A stretch of 64,000 nucleotides of DNA from assembly GCA_965221125.1 (NCBI GenBank), contig CBDCRW010000004.1, forward strand, positions 352,001-416,000. Reading direction: 5' to 3'. Positions 27,088 to 35,717 of the stretch are shown here, piece by piece. The notes beneath the pieces are model-generated. The model searched no databases. It was not told the DNA's origin and saw only the letters and a list, made by a program, of their open reading frames with translations. Every line of letters begins with the position of its first letter. The first letter of the stretch is position 1. Position numbers and translations under genes: made by a program. Origin of the DNA: Alphaproteobacteria bacterium (GTDB lineage Bacteria > Pseudomonadota > Alphaproteobacteria > UBA828).

Positions 27088-28512
27088 ATGACCGGCTCGC
27101 TCGCGCTGCCGCTCTGGATCCTCGCGGTGGTCGGCGCGCTCGCGCTCTGGGCCGCGCTCGACCGCATCCTGATGCCGAGCGCGCGCTGGTTCCTGCGCCG
27201 CCGCCTCAACCGCATGATCGAGGAGGTCAACACGCGGCTGGAGCTGCAGATCCCGCCCTTCCTGCAGACCAAGCGCCGCGTGCTGATCGACCAGCTCAGC
27301 TACGACCCGCAGGTGATGGAGGCGATCGACGCCGAGGCCAAGGCCACCGGCACGCCGCGCGAGGTGCTGAGCCGGCAGGTGGAGCGCTACGCCCGCGAGA
27401 TCGTGCCTTCCTTCAACGCCTACGCCTACTTCCGCATCGGCTATCACGTCGCCAGGCGCGCGGTGGAGAGCCTGTATCGCGTGCGCCTCGGCTATTCCGA
27501 CGACGAGGCGCTTGCCCGCATCGAACCCGGCGCCAGCGTCGTCTTTGTGATGAACCACCGCAGCAACATGGACTACGTGATCGTCGCCTACATGGCGGCG
27601 CATCGCTCGGCGCTGAGCTACGCCGTCGGCGAGTGGGCGCGGGTCTGGCCGCTCAGGATGCTGGTCCGCTCCCTCGGCGCCTACTTCGTGCGCCGCGGCT
27701 CGGGCAGCCGCCTCTACCGCCAGGTACTCGCCCGCTACGTGCAGGCGGCGACCGCCGGCGGCGTGGTCCAGGCGGTCTACCCGGAAGGCGGGCTCAGCCG
27801 CGACGGGCGCCTGCGCAAGCCCAAGCTCGGCCTCATCAGCTACATGGTCTCCTCCTTCGACCCCGAGGGCTCCCGCGACCTGGTCTTCGTGCCCGTCGGC
27901 ATCAACTACGACCGCGTGCTGGAGGACCGCATGCTGGTGCGCGCGCCGGCCCCCGGCGAGCCCCGGCCCGGCAAGGCCCGCGTGCTGGCGACCGCGGCGG
28001 GCTTCGTCGCCCACAACGTGGGCCTCATGATCCGGCGGCGCTGGTACCGCTTCGGCTACGCCTGCGTGAACTTCGCCACGCCCATCTCCATGCGGGACTA
28101 CGTGAAGGCCGGCGGGATCGATTTCCGCGCGCTGGAGAAAGACGCCCGCCACGAGGCCGTCGAAAAGCTCGGCGACGAGCTACTGGAGGCCATCGCCGCG
28201 GCGATCCCGGTGCTGCCGGTCTCGCTGGTCGCGACGGTGTTCCTCGACTCAAACGACGACGCGCTCGACCTGCTGGAGGTCAAGGGGCGCACCCAGGCGC
28301 TGATCGACAGGCTGGAGGGCGAGGGCGCCTACGTCCACATCCCGCGCGCGGACCGCGACTACGCCGTCACCGTGGGCTTGCGCATGCTCACGCTCCGCCA
28401 CTTCGTGAACGAGGCGGACGGGCTCTACCGCGCCAACGAGGACGAGCGGGACATGCTGCGCTACTACGCCAACGCCATCGGGCATTTTTTGGCCGATACG
28501 CCGGGCGCGTGA
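27088..28512 (+). CDS. Glycerol-3-phosphate acyltransferase (PlsB/PlsC superfamily)
   Basis: N-terminal TM helix; NHRSNMD (HX4D), GAYFVRR, YPEGGLSRDG, FVPVGINYD. Confidence 0.85.
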   Translation: MTGSLALPLWILAVVGALALWAALDRILMPSARWFLRRRLNRMIEEVNTRLELQIPPFLQTKRRVLIDQLSYDPQVMEAIDAEAKATGTPREVLSRQVERYAREIVPSFNAYAYFRIGYHVARRAVESLYRVRLGYSDDEALARIEPGASVVFVMNHRSNMDYVIVAYMAAHRSALSYAVGEWARVWPLRMLVRSLGAYFVRRGSGSRLYRQVLARYVQAATAGGVVQAVYPEGGLSRDGRLRKPKLGLISYMVSSFDPEGSRDLVFVPVGINYDRVLEDRMLVRAPAPGEPRPGKARVLATAAGFVAHNVGLMIRRRWYRFGYACVNFATPISMRDYVKAGGIDFRALEKDARHEAVEKLGDELLEAIAAAIPVLPVSLVATVFLDSNDDALDLLEVKGRTQALIDRLEGEGAYVHIPRADRDYAVTVGLRMLTLRHFVNEADGLYRANEDERDMLRYYANAIGHFLADTPGA

Positions 28513-28527
28513 ACCGGCGCGCCGGGG

Positions 28528-28821
28528 CTATTCCAAGCCTTCGACGAAGATGAGGCTGCTCTCGGCGGCCTGCAAACGCATGTCCACGATCGCCTGATAC
28601 TCGGGCGAGTTGTACCAGGCCTTGGCCCGCTCCATGCTGGGAAAGCGGAAGAGCACCACGCGGGACGGCTTCCAGGTGCCGTCCATGTGCGCGACTTCCG
28701 TGGTGGAGGCAAGCAGCTCTGCGCCGTAGGGGCCGCCCGTCGGGCCTGCCTTCCTGACGTACTCCTGCATCAGTTCCGGATCGGTTATCTCAGAGGTCGA
28801 GATGAGGTAAGCGGCGGGCAT
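28528..28821 (-). CDS. DUF1330 family protein
   Basis: MPAAYLI..EITDPE...FPSMERAKAWYNSPEYQ. Confidence 0.85.
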   Translation of the reverse strand: MPAAYLISTSEITDPELMQEYVRKAGPTGGPYGAELLASTTEVAHMDGTWKPSRVVLFRFPSMERAKAWYNSPEYQAIVDMRLQAAESSLIFVEGLE

Positions 28822-28862
28822 TGCGGTGCTCCTCGTGTTGGTGCGGGTCTTTTCGGGAAGGT

Positions 28863-30890
28863 TCAGAGCTTGCGGGCCTGGCGGTGGCCTTCGTAGACCG
28901 CCTCGTAGGCGGTGCGGGGCGCGGTGGCGTCGCCGATGGTCTCGACCGAGACGCCGCGCGCCGCAACCGCCCCGTGCAGCGCGTTCACAGAGCGCCGGCC
29001 CGTCGCCATGACGATCCAGTCCGCCTCGATCTGCCGCTCGGCTTCGTCGTGGTGGACGTTGTAGAGCGTCACCGTGCTGCCCTCGATGCGGCGGACGAAG
29101 TGGTCGACGCAGACCGTCACGCCGGTCTGGTAGAGCTTGGGCAGGATCCAGTCGAGGTAGACGTCGAGGATGGTCTCCATGCCGACCATGGGCCAGCGGG
29201 TGACGAGCGTCACCTCGTCGGCGCCGCCCTCCTTGCAGGCGACGGCGGTGAGCGGCGCCACCACGTCGCAGAGGTCGTCCAGCACCATCACCCTGCCGCT
29301 GGGCCGGGCCTGGCCCTGCGCCACCGTGTCCCAGCCGACGCAGTTGCCGGTCTCCCAGCCGGGCAGCGGATCGCCGGTCCAGCCCTGGAAGCCGTCGACC
29401 GCGACGGCGGAGCCCGTGGCCACCACCACGTGGTCGGGCTTCACCGCTTCAAGCGCCTGGTCCAGGTCCTCCTCCGTCACCGGCGCGCCGGTGACGATGC
29501 GGCTGCCGTTCTTCTCGGCCTGCGCGGCGAGCCAGCGGCCGATCTCGCCGTACTCGGCGCGGGTCGGCAGCAGCGACTGCACCCGCACGTGGCCGCCGGT
29601 CTCGCCCTCGGCTTCGTAGACCGTCACGTCATGCCCGCGGGCGGAGGCCACGCGCGCGTACTCGAGCCCCGCCGGGCCGCCGCCGATGACCAGCACCGAC
29701 TTGGGCTCGGCCACCTTGACCAGCGTGCCCTCGCCCCACTTCCCCTCGCGGCCCACGGTGGGGTTGTAGATGCACTGCACCCGCCCGCCCCGGCTCACGC
29801 TCTTCCAGCAGAAGTTGGCGGCGACGCATGAGCGGATGTCGTCGGTGTTGCCCTCTTCGGCCTTCTTGGCCCAGTGGGCGTCGGTGAAGAGCTGGCGCGC
29901 GAGGCAGATGGCATCGCCGTCGCCCGCCTCCAGCAGCTGCTCGGCCACGTCCGGCGTGGTGATGCGGCCCACTAGAAGCACCGGCTTCGACGAGACCTCG
30001 CGGATCTTGCGGGCGTAGCCCCGCTCCCAGCCGGCCTCGAACTCCATCGGCGTGTGGATGAAGGCGTGGTGCACGCCGGCCGAGACGTTGACGTAGTCGA
30101 TGTCGGAGCGCTGCTCGATCTCGGCGACGATGCCGCGCACCTCGTCGATCTCGAGGTCGCCCGGCCAGAACGAGGTGGAGTTGATGCGGTAGCCCACGAA
30201 CCTGTCGTCGCCGGCGGCGGCCCGCATCCGCTTCAAGGCTTCGAGCGGGAAGCGCAGGCGGTTCTCCAGCGAGCCGCCCCAGCGGTCGGTGCGCTTGTTG
30301 TAGAGTGGCGAGATGAACTGCCAGGGCAGGTAGCCGTGGCTGAGATGCAGCTCGACGCCGTCGAGCCCCGCGGCGAACGCGCGCTCCGCAGCGCTGCCGA
30401 AGGCCGCCAGCAGCTCCTCGATCTCGTCCTCGTCGAGCTCCTTCGGCGTGGACGCGCCGGGGAACTCGCCCAAGGGCACCTGGCTCGGCGAGACCGAGTA
30501 CCAGGTCGCATCGGGGTCGTAGGTGGCCTCCTGCTTGAAGGTGGGGAAGCCGCGCACGCCCGAGTGCCAGAGCTGGATCGCGAGCTTGCAGCCCTCGGCA
30601 TGAACCGCGTCCGCGATCTTCGACAGCGGCTCGATCTGCCGGTCGTCGAAGAGCTGCGGCATGAGCAGCGGCGCCATGAGCGAGCTCTTGTGGACGTGGG
30701 TGCCCCCGATGATGATGAGCCCGACTCCGCCCTCGGCGCGCTCCCGGTAGTAGTGGGTCGCCATGTCGATGAAGAGCCCGTTCCACGGGTCGGAGACCCA
30801 GCTCGGGCAGGTTGGCGGGAACACCACCCGGTTCTTGATCGTGGTGTTGCGAATCTTCCATTCCGAGAAAAGCCGTGGATAGGCCGCCAT
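28863..30890 (-). CDS. Multidomain OYE-family FMN/FeS/FAD oxidoreductase (FadH/TMADH/DgcA-like)
   Basis: DGVELHLSHGYL, NKRTDRWGGSLENR, CVAANFC...C, VIGGGPAG. Confidence 0.9.
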   Translation of the reverse strand: MAAYPRLFSEWKIRNTTIKNRVVFPPTCPSWVSDPWNGLFIDMATHYYRERAEGGVGLIIIGGTHVHKSSLMAPLLMPQLFDDRQIEPLSKIADAVHAEGCKLAIQLWHSGVRGFPTFKQEATYDPDATWYSVSPSQVPLGEFPGASTPKELDEDEIEELLAAFGSAAERAFAAGLDGVELHLSHGYLPWQFISPLYNKRTDRWGGSLENRLRFPLEALKRMRAAAGDDRFVGYRINSTSFWPGDLEIDEVRGIVAEIEQRSDIDYVNVSAGVHHAFIHTPMEFEAGWERGYARKIREVSSKPVLLVGRITTPDVAEQLLEAGDGDAICLARQLFTDAHWAKKAEEGNTDDIRSCVAANFCWKSVSRGGRVQCIYNPTVGREGKWGEGTLVKVAEPKSVLVIGGGPAGLEYARVASARGHDVTVYEAEGETGGHVRVQSLLPTRAEYGEIGRWLAAQAEKNGSRIVTGAPVTEEDLDQALEAVKPDHVVVATGSAVAVDGFQGWTGDPLPGWETGNCVGWDTVAQGQARPSGRVMVLDDLCDVVAPLTAVACKEGGADEVTLVTRWPMVGMETILDVYLDWILPKLYQTGVTVCVDHFVRRIEGSTVTLYNVHHDEAERQIEADWIVMATGRRSVNALHGAVAARGVSVETIGDATAPRTAYEAVYEGHRQARKL

Positions 30891-31041
30891 GCTGCATTCC
30901 CCCCTGTCGCGGGCGCCGCGCGGGCCGGGCGCCCTGTCCATAACCGCCTCGGTCCATTACACTCGGCTTGGCGCGTGAATGCCAGTTTCACGGCCTCTGG
31001 CTGTCGCGGCCTCGGGCCGGCTCAGACGCAGGAGGGCGGCG

Positions 31042-32457
31042 ATGCCCGACACCTATCGCGCGGTGATCCCCTACGAATCCCTCGATCCGCTGACCATCGG
31101 CTCGGCCGACGATCCGTCCATGGTCTATCGCGAGACTCTCACCCTCGATATCCCCGAGGCCAACCTGCTGGCGGCGCTCTTTCCGGACGAGCCCGCGCCC
31201 CTCGCGAACCCCACGGAGGCGTGCGCGGCCGCGCTGGAGGCGCCGCACTCGGGCCCGCCGTTCTCGCAGATGATCGGGCCGGACAGGAGCCTCGCCATCA
31301 TCATCGACAACCAGTTCCGCCCGACGCCCACCTCGAAGCTGCTGCCGGCGGTGCTCGATGCGGTGGAGGCGCACGGCATCAGGGACGCGCGCGTCGTCTG
31401 CGCCAACGGCAAGGTCTTCCCCATGTCGGAGCGCGACACCGAATTGAAGCTGGGCCGCGAGAACCTCGCGCGCATGGAGCGCCTTGGCATCCCATTCTTT
31501 CAGAACGAGCCGCGCGACCCCGAGCAGTACGTCTTCATCGGCATGACCACGGGTGGCACGCCGGTCTGGCTGCACAGGGAGGTGGCGAAGTCCGACGTCA
31601 CGCTCTCGATGGGCCAGGCGCAGTCGAATCACTGGGGCGCGGGCGGCGGCGGCAAGCTGATCCTGCCCGGCGTGGTCTCGGACGAGACCATCGAATCCAA
31701 CCACTGCGCCTTCGTGATGTCGCCCAAGACCCATTACGGCGCCATGGCAGGGCCGATGCGCACCGACATCGACGAGGCCGCCACCATGTGCGGGCTCACG
31801 GCGACGCTCAACAGCGTGCTGGATACCAGGGGCAGCCTCTGCTTCATCAACTTCGGCGCGCACCCGGACGCGCACCGCGAGGCGATCCGCACCTTCAACG
31901 GCATCTACGCCTACGACCGCCCGGCCGGCGGGCCGGCGGACATCGCCATCTGCGGCGTCTTCGCGCCGACCGACCACCTCTTCTTCCACACCGGCTGGGG
32001 CTGCATGTCGTCCGACCTGCTGGTGCGGGACGGCGGCACGCTCATCTACTGCAGCCCGTCGCCCGGCGTGAGCACGCATCTCGGCGACTTCCCCGGCCTC
32101 GCGCTGATGGACCTGATGAAGCCCTACATGCCGCCCTCGCCTGCGAACCTGGAGCGCGTCTACCGCGACATCCACAGCCGCACCATCGAGATGTGGGCGG
32201 GCTGCATCTGGGTGCCGATCTACGAGGTCATGGTGCGCAAGTACCTCCACGTGGTGACGCTGGAGGAGAACCTGGAGATGGCCGCCGATATCGGCATCGA
32301 GGCCGGCACCTCGCTGGAGGATGCCTTCGCCGCGGCGATGGCCCGCCACGGGCCGGACGCCAAGGTCGCGGTGCTGCCGTTCGCGCGCTACCAGCTGCCG
32401 CGCGATGCGATCCGCATGCCGGTCGAGGTCGAACCCATGGCGGAGGCGGCGGAGTAG
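31042..32457 (+). CDS. LarA (lactate racemase domain) family protein, divergent
   Basis: IIDNQFRPTP, GMTTGGTPVWL, GGGGKLILPGV, TIESNH, P-R-DIDEAA, GGTLI, AKVAVLP. Confidence 0.75.
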   Translation: MPDTYRAVIPYESLDPLTIGSADDPSMVYRETLTLDIPEANLLAALFPDEPAPLANPTEACAAALEAPHSGPPFSQMIGPDRSLAIIIDNQFRPTPTSKLLPAVLDAVEAHGIRDARVVCANGKVFPMSERDTELKLGRENLARMERLGIPFFQNEPRDPEQYVFIGMTTGGTPVWLHREVAKSDVTLSMGQAQSNHWGAGGGGKLILPGVVSDETIESNHCAFVMSPKTHYGAMAGPMRTDIDEAATMCGLTATLNSVLDTRGSLCFINFGAHPDAHREAIRTFNGIYAYDRPAGGPADIAICGVFAPTDHLFFHTGWGCMSSDLLVRDGGTLIYCSPSPGVSTHLGDFPGLALMDLMKPYMPPSPANLERVYRDIHSRTIEMWAGCIWVPIYEVMVRKYLHVVTLEENLEMAADIGIEAGTSLEDAFAAAMARHGPDAKVAVLPFARYQLPRDAIRMPVEVEPMAEAAE

Positions 32458-32468
32458 GGCAGGCGGCC

Positions 32469-32798
32469 ATGCCTCCCCCCGGCGCGGCCGACGCGGCCGG
32501 CGCAGCGCAGCCGATCACCGGGTCGACCACCATCGTGCAGCTGCTGGAGCGCTATCCCGGCGGCGAGGCGGCCGAGCTGATGGCCCGCCTGGCCTGGCCC
32601 TGCGCCCACTGCTCGGGCGCGCTGCACGAGCCCATCAGCATGGCCGCCAAGCGCCACGCCAACCGGGCCGGCCCCGTGGTGCGTGCCTTCCGGGCGCTGG
32701 AGCACGGCGGCCCGAGCGAGGCCGAGATCGCCGAGGCCGCCGCCCGGCACGAGAAACGCCCCGACCCAGGCGCTCTCTGGTCCCGCTACGCGCGCTAG
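32469..32798 (+). CDS. Small CxxC protein, DUF1858-like
   Basis: C-terminal part of ORF 30054..32798: ITGSTTIVQLLERYP...WPCAHC...EPISMAAKRH; starts 11 nt after the LarA-like stop. Confidence 0.65.
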   Translation: MPPPGAADAAGAAQPITGSTTIVQLLERYPGGEAAELMARLAWPCAHCSGALHEPISMAAKRHANRAGPVVRAFRALEHGGPSEAEIAEAAARHEKRPDPGALWSRYAR

Positions 32799-32807
32799 TC
32801 AGGAACA

Positions 32808-32898
32808 ATCCCCCCTCCCCCCGGAGGGTGGGGGGGGGATGCTGACGGCGCCGACCGTTCTCCCTCTCCTCCCTGGGGAGGAGAGGGCCGGGGTGAGG
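32808..32898. repeat. REP-like palindromes between convergent genes
   Basis: CCCTCTCCTCCC-TG-GGGAGGAGAGGG-CCGGGGTGAGG (32862-32898) and an imperfect C/G-run hairpin at 32808-32840. Confidence 0.7.
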
Positions 32899-32924
32899 TG
32901 GGGAGGCGTGTCAACGCCGTGCCG

Positions 32925-33233
32925 CTACTTGTTGGGTGCGGCGATGCGGTTGCCGAAGCAGAAGATCTCGAAATCGCCGTCGACCATGTGGCCCGTCCGC
33001 TCCATCTGGCGCTTGAACCACGGCGTCTCGGTGTGGGCCTGGAAGTCGGCCTCGCTGAGATAGATCTCGTAGAAGAGGAAGCGCCTGGGGTCGTCGCGGT
33101 CGACGGTCACCTCGAAGGAGACGCAGCCCGGCTCCTTGGTCACGCTGTTGGCGGCGTGGCGCTTGACCAGCCGGGTGAACTCGGCGACGTGCTTCTTCTT
33201 GACCCTGAGGGCTGCGGCGACGGTGTAAGGCAT
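32925..33233 (-). CDS. ABM-domain (putative quinol monooxygenase/LsrG-like) protein
   Basis: EPGCVSFEV, FLFYEIY, AHTETPWF. Confidence 0.85.
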   Translation of the reverse strand: MPYTVAAALRVKKKHVAEFTRLVKRHAANSVTKEPGCVSFEVTVDRDDPRRFLFYEIYLSEADFQAHTETPWFKRQMERTGHMVDGDFEIFCFGNRIAAPNK

Positions 33234-33271
33234 GGGGGTCCTCCCGTGGTGGATGGTGACTGCGATACCGT

Positions 33272-34876
33272 TCAGGCGGCGGCGCGGATCATCTCGGCCG
33301 CGCGCTCGCCGATCATGATACAGGTGGCGTTGAGGTTGGCGCTGACGACGGTCGGCATGATCGAGGCGTCGGCCACGTAGAGCCCGTCCAGCCCGCGCAC
33401 CTTGAGGCCGTCGTCGACCACCGCCAGCGGGTCGTGCCCCATCTTGCAGGTGCCGGCGGGGTGATAGACGCCGATGGCGTTGGCGCGGATGTAGTCGCGC
33501 CACTCGTCGTCGCTCTCCACGCCCTTGCCCGGCAGGTGCTCGCCCACGATGTAGCGCGCGATGGGCTCGCTCGCGAGCACGGTGCGGAAGAAGCGCGCAC
33601 CCAGCACCAGGGTTTCGATATCGCGCGCGTCGGCGAAGAGGTTGGGCTGGATCGCGGGCTGGGCCAGCGGGTCGGCCGAGGCGAGGCGCACGGTGCCGGC
33701 GGAATAGGGCCGGTGCAGCGTCGTCAGCCCGGTGATCGCGGGCCTCTCGAAGACCTCCGGCCCGTCGGCGGTGAGGTCGTAGCCCGCCGGCGAGAACATG
33801 TACTGCACGTGGGAGCGCGACTTGCTCGGATCGCAGCGGCGGAAGCCGAAGACCTGGGCGATGGGCGTGGACGCAGGCCCGGTGCCCGCCAGCAGCCACC
33901 GGGCGCCGTGGAACAGCGCGCTCACGAGCCCGGTCTGCACGTTGTAGGTCGTGCGGTTGACCCACATGGTCTGGCTGATCCCGGCGTGGTCCTGCATGTT
34001 CTCGCCGACGCCGGGCAGCTCGTGGCGCACCTCGATCCCGTGCGCGCGGAGGTGGGCGGCGGGGCCGACGCCGGAGAGCATCAGGAGCTGCGGCGAGCCG
34101 AAGGTGCCGGCGCAGAGGACGACCGCCCTGGTCGCGGTGGCCTGCTCGCGCCGGCCGCGCCGGAGGTAATCCACGCCGACGGCGCGCGTGCCCTCGAACC
34201 TGAGCCCGAGCGCCTGGGCGTGGGTGACGATGCGCAGGTTCTCGCGCCTTCTGGCCGGCCAAAGGTAGGCGCGCGACGCGCTGTGGCGCCAGCCCTTGCG
34301 CTGCGTCGCCTGGACGTAGCCCACGCCCATCTGCGGCGGCGCGTTGATGTCCTCGCGGAAGGTCATGCCCGCGTTCACGCAGGTCTCGACCAGGACGCGG
34401 GAGAGCGGGTGCAGCGAGCGGATGTGGGAGACCGAGAGCGGCCCGCCTGCGCCCCGGTACTCGTCGGCGCCGCCCTCGAAATCCTCCAGGCGGCGGAAGT
34501 AGGGGAGCACGTGCTCGAAGTCCCAGCCGCGGCACCCCTGCGCCGCCCACTCGTTGTAGTCCTCGGGCGCGCCCCGTACGAACGAGGTGGCGTTGATCGA
34601 GCTGGTGCCGCCCAGCACCTTGCCGCGCGGCATGTAGTCCTCGCGCCCGCCCCGCGTGGGGTCGGGCTCGGCCATGAAGCGCCAGTCGTAGCGCGGGTTG
34701 GTGATGCCGTAGAGCATGGTGCCCGCCGGCATCAGGATGACGAGGCGGCGGTCCGAGCCGCCGGCCTCGAGCAGCAGCACCTTGCGGCGTCCGTCCTCTG
34801 AGAGCCGGGCGGCGACCACGCTGCCGCTGGAGCCGGCGCCGACGACGATGTAGTCCGCTTGCTGGTCCGAGGGCAT
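33272..34876 (-). CDS. GMC oxidoreductase (choline/alcohol dehydrogenase-like)
   Basis: VGAGSSG, RGKVLGGTSSIN, GVGENMQDH, YHPAGTCKMG, SANLNA. Confidence 0.92.
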   Translation of the reverse strand: MPSDQQADYIVVGAGSSGSVVAARLSEDGRRKVLLLEAGGSDRRLVILMPAGTMLYGITNPRYDWRFMAEPDPTRGGREDYMPRGKVLGGTSSINATSFVRGAPEDYNEWAAQGCRGWDFEHVLPYFRRLEDFEGGADEYRGAGGPLSVSHIRSLHPLSRVLVETCVNAGMTFREDINAPPQMGVGYVQATQRKGWRHSASRAYLWPARRRENLRIVTHAQALGLRFEGTRAVGVDYLRRGRREQATATRAVVLCAGTFGSPQLLMLSGVGPAAHLRAHGIEVRHELPGVGENMQDHAGISQTMWVNRTTYNVQTGLVSALFHGARWLLAGTGPASTPIAQVFGFRRCDPSKSRSHVQYMFSPAGYDLTADGPEVFERPAITGLTTLHRPYSAGTVRLASADPLAQPAIQPNLFADARDIETLVLGARFFRTVLASEPIARYIVGEHLPGKGVESDDEWRDYIRANAIGVYHPAGTCKMGHDPLAVVDDGLKVRGLDGLYVADASIMPTVVSANLNATCIMIGERAAEMIRAAA

Positions 34877-34910
34877 CGCCCGGACCGTTAGCGAATTGTC
34901 GGCCGAAGGA

Positions 34911-35525
34911 TCAGGAGCCGCCGCTGACGGTCGCCTTGCTGATGACCACCGCCTCCTGCGGCACGTCGCTCGGGAAGGGGCCGCCGGGGCCGGTCTTGAG
35001 CGCGGCGATGCGGTCCACCGTCTCCATGCCGTCCACCACCCGGCCGAACGCGGCGTAGCCCCAGCCTTGCGGGTTCTTGCCGCGGTGGTTGAGGAAGTCG
35101 TTGTCGACGACGTTGATGAAGAACTGCGCGGTGGCGGAGTGGGGGTCCGCGGTGCGCGCCATGGCGATGGTCCCCCGGTCGTTGCCCGGCGCGTTCGGCG
35201 CCTCGTTCTCGATCGGCGCGCGCGTCTTCAGCTGCTCGTAGCGCTCCGTGTAGCCGCCGCCCTGGATCATGAAGCCCGCGATCACGCGGTGGAAGATGGT
35301 CCCGTCGAAATGGCCGTCGCGGACGTACTGCACGAAGTTCGCCACGGTCTCGGGCGCGGCCTCCGGCTCGAGCGCGACTGCGAAGGAGCCGTGCGTGGTC
35401 TCGAACGTGACGACGGGGCTCGCCGCCTCGTCGGCCTGTGTCTCGGTCTGGTCACTCATCATGATCCCCGCCGCGACGACAAGCGCGAGCAAGACGGACG
35501 GCCGTCGCAATTTGAGTTTGAACAA
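34911..35525 (-). CDS. Cyclophilin-type peptidyl-prolyl isomerase (exported)
   Basis: FHRVIAGFMIQGGG, AMART, SATAQFFIN, GYAAFG; hydrophobic N-terminus; start uncertain. Confidence 0.9.
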   Translation of the reverse strand: MFKLKLRRPSVLLALVVAAGIMMSDQTETQADEAASPVVTFETTHGSFAVALEPEAAPETVANFVQYVRDGHFDGTIFHRVIAGFMIQGGGYTERYEQLKTRAPIENEAPNAPGNDRGTIAMARTADPHSATAQFFINVVDNDFLNHRGKNPQGWGYAAFGRVVDGMETVDRIAALKTGPGGPFPSDVPQEAVVISKATVSGGS

Positions 35526-35630
35526 GGCTCCGCTCCCGAATCGTTGTGGTGCGTGCTGCGGCGCAGTCTACACACCGCGTCCCGAAAACATAGGTGTGCC
35601 CCGCTCTCACCACCGGCGCCGGGGGCTTTC

Positions 35631-35659
35631 TTGACACACCCCGGCGGCGACCGTAGCGT
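35631..35659 (+). promoter_or_regulatory. Putative sigma70 promoter of the ABC operon
   Basis: TTGACA-N17-TAGCGT upstream of the SBP gene. Confidence 0.55.
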
Positions 35660-35717
35660 TTTCACCAGCAAGCTCGGTTCTGATCTTCACAACGCAGAAA
35701 CGCTAAGGGAGGCGCAT

